Shown here: one piece after another, positions 8,451 through 15,542 of the stretch
Numbering within the stretch: position 1 is the first letter of the stretch
Layout: each line of letters begins with the position of its first letter
Assembly (NCBI GenBank): GCA_964549075.1
Contig: CAZJUB010000021.1
Coordinates: forward strand, 19,726 to 38,108
DNA from: an uncultured archaeon
GTDB taxonomy: Archaea; Asgardarchaeota; Heimdallarchaeia; Heimdallarchaeales; Heimdallarchaeaceae
Reading direction: 5' to 3'
DNA: 18,383 nt
Notes under the pieces: model-generated
What the model saw: the letters and a program-made list of their open reading frames with translations, nothing else
Database searches by the model: none
What the model was told of the DNA's origin: nothing
Position numbers and translations under genes: made by a program

Positions 8451-10229
8451 ATGATTATTACAAAAGACCTCATAAAAGTGTTCTATGATCAGATCACCGA
8501 AGTAAAGGTTTCTGCTCTCAGAGGGCTTGATATGTACATCAGAGATGGAGATGTAGCTAGCATAATAGGTCCTTCTGGGGCTGGAAAAAGTACACTCATC
8601 AAGATACTTTGTGGTTTAGAGAAACCAAGTGGAGGAACTGTTCTCATAGATAATGTTAACATTGCTGAATTATCAGAGAAACAGATGAGACAGTTTCGAT
8701 ACCATCGCATGGGTATTGTTAACCAGTTTGTCGGACAGAATCTTCTTTCCTCCTTAACTCTTGAACAAAATATATTGTTACCTATGAAAATGATGTTCAC
8801 AGCAAGAGAAAGAGCAAAAAAAGAGCTTGAAGAACTGTTAAAAATTCTGCATCTTGAGAAGGTTAGAAAGAACCCTATAACAAAGGTTTCAGGTGGAGAA
8901 GCTATGAGAGCGAGTATTGGTGTAGCTTTAGCAAAGAAACCAAGACTTCTCTTGGCGGACGAACCCACAGGTCAACTTGACACAGCTAATACTAATGACA
9001 TAATTGACACTTTCAGAGATTTGAATGAGAATTATGGTACAACTATTTTAGTAGTAACACATGATTTGAGATTCAGAAATGCTTTCAGGAAGAGTTATAT
9101 CATCAGAGATGGAAGATTAGTAGGTGTAAACACTGATCTTGATAGAGGGGAATTGGAATTTATATTAAGACCTCAAGAATCAAATCTACAATCAATGATT
9201 GACAGTTCTCAATTTATCCGTCTTCCTGATGAAGTTTATGTAGCAGGAAATTACAAACATATAGTGGAATTTGATATACATCCTTCAAAGAAATTCTCCT
9301 TTTTATTCAATCCTAATGAGACTAATACAAAAGAAATCTACGAAATTCTTAAACAAATGGAAGACTATAAGCCAGTAGCTGAAGAAGAAGGTGAAGCTAC
9401 AGAATTAACAGCAACAAGGATTGGAAGCCAAGTATCTTTTAGTGAGATAAAACCGATTCTAGAGCATCAATTTCACTTTCCAAAGGATTCAGAACCTCTA
9501 ATCAAAGTAGAAAATCTTCATAAGTCCTTCCCTGCTGGACGAACAGTTAATGAAGTTATCAAAGGAGTTTCATTTACAGTAAATAAAGGTGATTTTGTAG
9601 TTATTTCTGGTAAAAGTGGAGCTGGTAAGACAACTTTGATGAATGTTATATCCGGTGTAGAAGATCCAGATGAAGGTTCTATAGAAATCAAGGATTTTGA
9701 TGTGGTTCATGGAAATCCAAGAGAGATAGCAGATTTCCGATTTTATGAAATAGCTATGATTAATCAAGTTAACAATTTATTCAGCCAATATTCTGTGCAT
9801 GAAAACATGATTATCCCTAGAGTGTTCAACGATACAGAAGAACTAGTACTTTCTGATCTTCCATCAATTGCTGAAAGTGTCGAGATTGATCATAAAGTAG
9901 AACAATATGCTGCAGAATTATCAGCAGGAGAAAGACAAAGAGCAGCATTAGCAGTTGCTTTAGCAAGAAAATCTCCAATAATTTTTGCTGATGAACCAAG
10001 TGCAAATCTCGATTCTAGATTAGCGAGAAACATTATCTCACTTATGATGGATACAGCTGAAAAACTTGGAACTACAATCATAATGAGTACTCATGACTTA
10101 TCTCTTGTTCGACCAGGATTTAGATTGATTAAATTACTTGATGGACAAATTATAGACGATTTCAGAGTCACTCCTGATAAATTGAAAGGAATTATTGAAG
10201 ATTATCTAGGTGTAGAAATCAAGGAATAA
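8451..10229 (+). CDS. ABC ATP-binding protein with two tandem LolD/MacB-type nucleotide-binding domains
   Basis: NBD1: GPSGAGKS, VSGGE, LLLADEPTGQLD, VTHD. NBD2: GKSGAGKT, LSAGE, IIFADEPSANLD, STHD. Starts 8 nt after the permease stop. Confidence 0.95.
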   Translation: MIITKDLIKVFYDQITEVKVSALRGLDMYIRDGDVASIIGPSGAGKSTLIKILCGLEKPSGGTVLIDNVNIAELSEKQMRQFRYHRMGIVNQFVGQNLLSSLTLEQNILLPMKMMFTARERAKKELEELLKILHLEKVRKNPITKVSGGEAMRASIGVALAKKPRLLLADEPTGQLDTANTNDIIDTFRDLNENYGTTILVVTHDLRFRNAFRKSYIIRDGRLVGVNTDLDRGELEFILRPQESNLQSMIDSSQFIRLPDEVYVAGNYKHIVEFDIHPSKKFSFLFNPNETNTKEIYEILKQMEDYKPVAEEEGEATELTATRIGSQVSFSEIKPILEHQFHFPKDSEPLIKVENLHKSFPAGRTVNEVIKGVSFTVNKGDFVVISGKSGAGKTTLMNVISGVEDPDEGSIEIKDFDVVHGNPREIADFRFYEIAMINQVNNLFSQYSVHENMIIPRVFNDTEELVLSDLPSIAESVEIDHKVEQYAAELSAGERQRAALAVALARKSPIIFADEPSANLDSRLARNIISLMMDTAEKLGTTIIMSTHDLSLVRPGFRLIKLLDGQIIDDFRVTPDKLKGIIEDYLGVEIKE

Positions 10230-10242
10230 TTTCTTCTCTTTT

Positions 10243-10533
10243 TTATATTACTGCGAAAACTATTGCAGCAATCAAAAGAGCAATAGTTATCAAAGATAGG
10301 AGGATTAAATCTCTATATTTCAATTTCCTTCTGTGAATCACGTTTTCAGGGCAAGATTCAATGCATTTGAAACTTGAAACACATGAATCATAGTTGAAAA
10401 CTGGTTTAGGGTTTCCTTTTTCTTCTATCTCTATTGATTTAGTCGGACATACGTTTTTACATTCCATGCAAGCAGTACATCCTCTCCCCTTATACTTTGG
10501 GAGTCTGATGAAAATATCTTTGAATTTAAGCAT
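10243..10533 (-). CDS. Dicluster-type (4Fe-4S) ferredoxin with C-terminal transmembrane anchor
   Basis: CTACMECKNVCP and CVSSFKCIESCP motifs; C-terminal LILLSLITIALLIAAIVFAVI. Confidence 0.88.
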   Translation of the reverse strand: MLKFKDIFIRLPKYKGRGCTACMECKNVCPTKSIEIEEKGNPKPVFNYDSCVSSFKCIESCPENVIHRRKLKYRDLILLSLITIALLIAAIVFAVI

Positions 10534-10580
10534 TAAGAGTAATTAGAAAAAGATATTAAAAAATCTAGCTCAAAATTGGA

Positions 10581-11327
10581 TTATCGAACCTTTATCATAG
10601 CTGCAGAATCGATGATTACATCTGCATTTTTAAACTCTTCAACTTTAGATTTGCCAGTTAAAACTCCGATACAAGCCATAGCACCTGCATTTTTACCCAT
10701 TAATAAATCCCTATCATCATCACCAATAACAATAGATTTGCTAACTTCAGCATTGAGGACTTTACAACCATATTGTAGCATATCAGGAGCTGGTTTTGCT
10801 TGATAAGGAGAATCAATGTCAAGACCTAACACTTGATCAAAATAATCATATAGCCCAGCACTTGCTAATTGTTTCGTAGCTGGCTCAGTGCTATCATGTG
10901 TTACAATTATAAGTTTAGCATCTGAATTTCTGATTTTTTCAAGAACCTCTTGAACACCATCAATACTCTTAACATGTTCAGTAAAATCAATAAGATAATC
11001 AACTTCATCAAACAAATCTGCTATTTCTTCTATTGATGAGTTAATTGAAAGAGTTCGGAGATATGCTCTAGTTCTTCTGATAATCTCTACTCGTTCTATG
11101 AGAATTGGCCCACCTAAAATGATTTCATGTGTTTCTGGATTAAGTCCCATCAACTCAACTATAGCGTTGTAGTTCTCTTCTTTTAAAGCATATTTCTGCA
11201 TCAGAAGTTTAGCTCTTTCTAGCATTACAGGAATATACATTTCCAGAGTTAGTAAAGTGCCATCTTTATCAAAACAAACTAATTCGACACCTTCTAATTT
11301 CAAGTCTCCACATTGTATCGTGACCAT
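10581..11327 (-). CDS. HAD-superfamily hydrolase (subfamily IA, phosphoglycolate-phosphatase-like)
   Basis: Motif I FDKDGTL, motif II VTHD, motif III KPAP, motif IV IGDDDRDLLMG, plus a helical cap. Confidence 0.93.
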   Translation of the reverse strand: MVTIQCGDLKLEGVELVCFDKDGTLLTLEMYIPVMLERAKLLMQKYALKEENYNAIVELMGLNPETHEIILGGPILIERVEIIRRTRAYLRTLSINSSIEEIADLFDEVDYLIDFTEHVKSIDGVQEVLEKIRNSDAKLIIVTHDSTEPATKQLASAGLYDYFDQVLGLDIDSPYQAKPAPDMLQYGCKVLNAEVSKSIVIGDDDRDLLMGKNAGAMACIGVLTGKSKVEEFKNADVIIDSAAMIKVR

Positions 11328-11350
11328 ACAAACGTAAGAAAAATTATGAG

Positions 11351-11358
11351 TTTAATAA
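11351..11358 (-). promoter_or_regulatory. Putative TATA box (TTATTAAA) for a leaderless HAD transcript
   Basis: Ends 23 nt before the ATG at 11327 and is preceded by CACAAAA (BRE-like). Confidence 0.5.
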
Positions 11359-11381
11359 TTTTGTGTAATCGATGTGTTTTA

Positions 11382-14300
11382 TTAATCAAAACGACGAAGA
11401 TGATTTAAAATATCATGTGCAATTAGTCGCGCTTTATTAATAAGTTCATCCCCTCTTGATAACTCATTTCGAAGATCTTTGGAAAGACTTAGATCGCTTA
11501 TTGGAACGCTCGAATAAAGAATTAAGCTTTGGTGTAGTTGAACATTTATTTTAATAATATCAACAATTGATTTATGGTGTTTTTGTAACTTTTTAAGAGT
11601 CATCTCTGTAAATTGAATATTGTCTAATTCTACGAGAATATTGAAAAGTCTATTCAATTTGAATTTATATCTTCTCAGCTTACTAGAAAGAGCGTTCAAG
11701 AATTCATAATAATTCATAAATCCTATACTTTCTGCTATCATCTTCTGATCGATGGAATGGAAACCAGAAACTTTTGCGTCAAACCATTCATCACCTATTG
11801 GAAAACCAGATTCAACTGCTTCAGACCATTGTTCTACGGTAGAAAAACCATATTGCTTAGCAGCATGGAAGTGCTTAGCTGCTTTAAAACCAAAATCACT
11901 GGCAAATTTGTGCTCTTTGTAAGTCTTGAAACCTCTTTTACGTGCAGTGAAGTATTTATTTAACATCTTCAAGATGAGAATATAAGAGAGACAAAGAGTA
12001 ACCCAAACTGGTAGGAGATAAACTCCATAAAGCAGGAACCAATTGTCCCATTTCAAAGGATCAGAATTGTGAAGCATCTCTTTATAGTTATTAATATAAT
12101 CACCATCGGGATCTTCAAAAGCATCATTTCTAAGAGGATTTAATCCCATTTTAACCTCATAACCATCAAACATTTTATCTTCATCGCTATCGTTCAGCAT
12201 TGGATTAGTTTGATAGACTTTTACTTCTAAATAATCATTTAAATCATCAAAATCACTGTCAAACTCATGCGGGTTAGTGTTGTACCAAGCTTCTTCGAAA
12301 TTAGTAAGCTTATCATCATCTAAGTCAAGATTACTATCATAAACAAGAGGATCAAGATTATTTTCAACCTCGTAACCATCTAAAAGATAATCTGAGTCGG
12401 TGTCTTCTAGTCTTGGGTGAGTACCGATAACATACTCTTCCAAGTTTACTAAACCATCCCAATCTAAATCAAAATATCCATCTTGGAAGATAGGGTTGGT
12501 ATTGTAAGTCACTTCCCACCAGTCGTCCATCAAGTCGTTATCGCTATCGTGTGACCATGGGTTTGTGTTGTAAGTATACTCTTCAATATTATACAATTTA
12601 TCATAATCCAAATCAAGATAAGCAGTATCAACAAGAGGATTAATGTTCCATTTAACTTCATAGTCGTCTCCCATTCCATCAAAATCGCTGTCCCAGTTGT
12701 TTGCGTCAGTCCCATAAAAATTGACTTCTATTCCATCCGATAGAGTGTCATAATCACTATCAAAATAAAGCGGATTAGTTTGATAGCAATACTCTTCTAG
12801 ATTGGTTAATCCATCAAAATCTGGATCTAGCATTGTATCATTTAGATTAGGATTTAATCCTAAAACAATTTCATAATAATCAGGCATAGAATCACCGTCT
12901 GTATCATTGTTGAAAGGCAATGTTCCATAGACATATTCTTCAAAATTAGTAAGAGAATCGTTATCCCAATCTTCGTGGCTATCATCTACAAAAGGATCTA
13001 AGCCTTGTAGAATCTCCCACCAGTCATAAATTAAGTCTCCATCCGTGTCCACTAGTATAGGAGATGTACCGTAGATTACGATTTCTTCATAATCCGTTAA
13101 TCCATCAAAATCGCTGTCCACCAGTCGCGGATTGGTGGGATAAAGATAGATTTCATCATAGTCAGAAAGCATATCTCCATCAGTATCGTTTGACAATGGA
13201 CATGTTTGATAAGTGTACTCTATCAGATTAGTTAGATTATCTGCATCAGGATCACAATAAGAGTCATTCACTTTAGGGTCTAACATCTCATTTATCTCCC
13301 AGTTATCGGGAAGAGAGTCACTATCTGTGTCGTTTGAGAAGGGATTGATATCATAAAGATATTCATTGTAATTGCAAACATTATCATTATCTGGATCTTC
13401 ATATTTGTTAGAATAATTTGGATCTAGATTGACCGATATCTCCCAGAAATCAGGCATATCATCATGATCTGAATCAAAATAACGTGGATTGGTTTGATAA
13501 GTGAATATCTCGTCAAAGTCACTGATATTATCTTTATCTGTGTCGTTTGATACAGCATTTGTATTATAGACCTTTATTTCAGTGTAATCATCAATTCCAT
13601 CTAGATCTGTGTCATTTGATGATAAATCTGTTCCATAATTGAAAAATTCTAAACCATCAATTATTTGATCATCGTCGGTATCCATTTTTTCGCTATTGCT
13701 CTGTAAAATCAATTCAGTAGTGTCATCGATATAGTCACCATCACTATCCAAAACCCTAGTTCTTGATATACCTCCATTATATGCTAGAATTCTCTGAGCT
13801 CCAGACATTGATAAACCAAATAATTCCCAACAGTAAAGGTAGTCATCCTCACAAATAGCTAGAATCTCAAACCTGTTATTATTATCAAGATCAGCTATCA
13901 TTAGAGGAGTTCTAGCAGATATGTGCATATCATAGGAAATAAGCACATTTCCCAAACAATCTAGTACTATGATATTATTACTTCTCGAACTAACAATTAT
14001 TTCTAAAAATCCATCACTGTTAAAGTCAATAACAGAAGGGGTACCAAGTAGTGTTTCTTGAACATTTGTCTCCCACCAGAGAGTTCCAGTGTTACTATAA
14101 CAATAGACCTCCCCTGTGTCTGAACACATGATTATATCCATGTAACCATTTGAATCTATATCTACAATGAGAGGATTATCGTAATTTCCATAACCAATTG
14201 CACTACTCCACAGAATTATTCCTAAATTATTTACACAATGAAGATGAGCATCAGTAGCAACAATCATTTCTAAATTATTTTCATCAGAATCAAAATTAGC

Positions 14301-15032
14301 AATACCTAAACAACCAGTTAAATAGTTACTAAATTCTGTTTCCCAGATGATATTCCCTTCTCCATTTATACAATATAGATTCTTACCGTGGGTGACAATT
14401 ATTTCATATTTCCCATCACCATTGATATCTGAAACCGCTGGTTCTCCAGTTTTTCCAGCTACAGGGAATTCAAGCTGCCATAGTAAATTTCCTTCATACG
14501 ATACACAGAACAAACCATCCCAGTCTGTACTACAAATTATCTCAAAATTCGAATCTCCATTAACATCAGCGATACAAGGAGTCTTAAATAACGAACTATC
14601 TCCTTCTCTAATGTAAGACCAGATAGTGTCACCAAAACGGTTGCTACAATAAATCTTTCCCGCCATCCCTGTAACAATATCAAGGTTATTGTCATTATCT
14701 ATATCAGCAAAAGCACAGGTTGTTTGAGCAACTGTGGCAAGATAAGATTTGTACCAAATAAGGTCACCATCTTGACTGATAAGATATCCAGATAAGGCAA
14801 TTTCCTGATGACCGTCGAAGTTAATATCAATAATTGAAGGAGTCTCAGAACACCATGCTAAAGGATAAGTCCATTCAAGTCGAAAAATAACTTCAGAAAG
14901 ATCTAAATTGAAATTATAATCATTATTTGCTTCAGATGTTTTAGAATCAGCTTGTTGAATAAGACTGAAGCTGCCTAAGATAAGAATAAACAAACCTATT
15001 ACAATCAGTGTTGTTTTACTGTTATTGCCCAT
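11382..15032 (-). CDS. Large single-pass surface protein: FG-GAP/PQQ-like beta-propeller, thrombospondin-type-3-like Ca-binding repeats, TM helix, cytoplasmic repeat and helical domains
   Basis: Signal sequence; eight D-h-[DN]-x-[DN]...[ED]-h loops interleaved with Gxx[IL]W motifs; about 24 DxDxD motifs; TM WFLLYGVYLLPVWVTLCLSYILIL; about 190-aa cytoplasmic tail. Confidence 0.88.
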   Translation of the reverse strand: MGNNSKTTLIVIGLFILILGSFSLIQQADSKTSEANNDYNFNLDLSEVIFRLEWTYPLAWCSETPSIIDINFDGHQEIALSGYLISQDGDLIWYKSYLATVAQTTCAFADIDNDNNLDIVTGMAGKIYCSNRFGDTIWSYIREGDSSLFKTPCIADVNGDSNFEIICSTDWDGLFCVSYEGNLLWQLEFPVAGKTGEPAVSDINGDGKYEIIVTHGKNLYCINGEGNIIWETEFSNYLTGCLGIANFDSDENNLEMIVATDAHLHCVNNLGIILWSSAIGYGNYDNPLIVDIDSNGYMDIIMCSDTGEVYCYSNTGTLWWETNVQETLLGTPSVIDFNSDGFLEIIVSSRSNNIIVLDCLGNVLISYDMHISARTPLMIADLDNNNRFEILAICEDDYLYCWELFGLSMSGAQRILAYNGGISRTRVLDSDGDYIDDTTELILQSNSEKMDTDDDQIIDGLEFFNYGTDLSSNDTDLDGIDDYTEIKVYNTNAVSNDTDKDNISDFDEIFTYQTNPRYFDSDHDDMPDFWEISVNLDPNYSNKYEDPDNDNVCNYNEYLYDINPFSNDTDSDSLPDNWEINEMLDPKVNDSYCDPDADNLTNLIEYTYQTCPLSNDTDGDMLSDYDEIYLYPTNPRLVDSDFDGLTDYEEIVIYGTSPILVDTDGDLIYDWWEILQGLDPFVDDSHEDWDNDSLTNFEEYVYGTLPFNNDTDGDSMPDYYEIVLGLNPNLNDTMLDPDFDGLTNLEEYCYQTNPLYFDSDYDTLSDGIEVNFYGTDANNWDSDFDGMGDDYEVKWNINPLVDTAYLDLDYDKLYNIEEYTYNTNPWSHDSDNDLMDDWWEVTYNTNPIFQDGYFDLDWDGLVNLEEYVIGTHPRLEDTDSDYLLDGYEVENNLDPLVYDSNLDLDDDKLTNFEEAWYNTNPHEFDSDFDDLNDYLEVKVYQTNPMLNDSDEDKMFDGYEVKMGLNPLRNDAFEDPDGDYINNYKEMLHNSDPLKWDNWFLLYGVYLLPVWVTLCLSYILILKMLNKYFTARKRGFKTYKEHKFASDFGFKAAKHFHAAKQYGFSTVEQWSEAVESGFPIGDEWFDAKVSGFHSIDQKMIAESIGFMNYYEFLNALSSKLRRYKFKLNRLFNILVELDNIQFTEMTLKKLQKHHKSIVDIIKINVQLHQSLILYSSVPISDLSLSKDLRNELSRGDELINKARLIAHDILNHLRRFD
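11682..11933 (-). repeat. Six tandem 14-aa (42-nt) protein repeats GFxxxx[EQH]xxxAxxx in the cytoplasmic tail
   Basis: GFKTYKEHKFASDF / GFKAAKHFHAAKQY / GFSTVEQWSEAVES / GFPIGDEWFDAKVS / GFHSIDQKMIAESI / GFMNYYEFLNALSS. Confidence 0.85.
12050..13748 (-). repeat. Protein-level DxDxD(G) calcium-binding (TSP3-like) repeat tract, about 24 units
   Basis: Recurrent DTDxDxLxDxxExxxYxTNP and DxDxDxMxDxWExxxxLDP...DxDxDxLTNxEEY units, diverged at DNA level. Confidence 0.9.
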
Positions 15033-15542
15033 TCTAGACCCATCTGCTATTTTGAAGAATGAGAATACGAGTCAATTTTTTATAACCACTTAACCTCCAT
15101 TTGTGTGCTGTGTCTTGTTCTCTTGTAAAGTTATTACTCTCTTCTTTATCCTAATAATATTCGTTTAAGCATTTATATAATTTCGTCCTCTAATTCAATA
15201 ATTCGAATGTTTGGGGAGGGGAAGATATATAAGTGTTTTAGCACTTTGAACTCCATTTTAATAATTAGAAGTTTAGTGAATTTAATAATTGAAACACTTT
15301 CAACTAGTAAAAATTTTAACATAGAGCTAGTAGTTATCTTAACAACAAGTTCACAGGGAGGTTTGATTCTTAGTTGACTTCTCATTTTTCTAATAAATGT
15401 ATTATAATTAAACAATTATATTATTTAGTCTGATACAGAAACAAGACATTAGCTTGACAAATAAGAAACCTATTTTCAACTAAAACAAAACCTTATAGAG
15501 AGTTGTAGAAGAAGTTTGAAACAACCAGTTTCTTCGAATGTG

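Noticed and set aside
11922-11942. RKRGFKT after the TM resembles the integrin-alpha KxGFFKR motif
   Set aside because: The GF is simply the first unit of the 14-aa repeat and lies about 10 residues from the TM; the match is superficial.
12050-13748. Periodic DNA similarity that could suggest an array or a diversity-generating template
   Set aside because: Explained by protein-level DxDxD repeats in one open frame; no near-identical DNA copies and no reverse transcriptase.
15072-15098. GGAGGT followed by GTG and a 5-codon ORF upstream of the 1216-aa gene (possible uORF or frameshifted start)
   Set aside because: It overlaps a plausible TATA (TTATAAAA), and the ATG at 15032 already gives a complete signal peptide; nothing else supports it.
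15271-15295. GTTTAGTGAATTTAATAATTGAAAC resembles a CRISPR repeat (GTTT...ATTGAAAC)
   Set aside because: Single copy. The partial upstream similarity is directly adjacent with no spacer, and there are no cas genes in the window.
15173-15415. 80-aa ORF as a confident gene
   Set aside because: TTG start, no SD and no recognisable motif; kept only as part of a low-interest finding.
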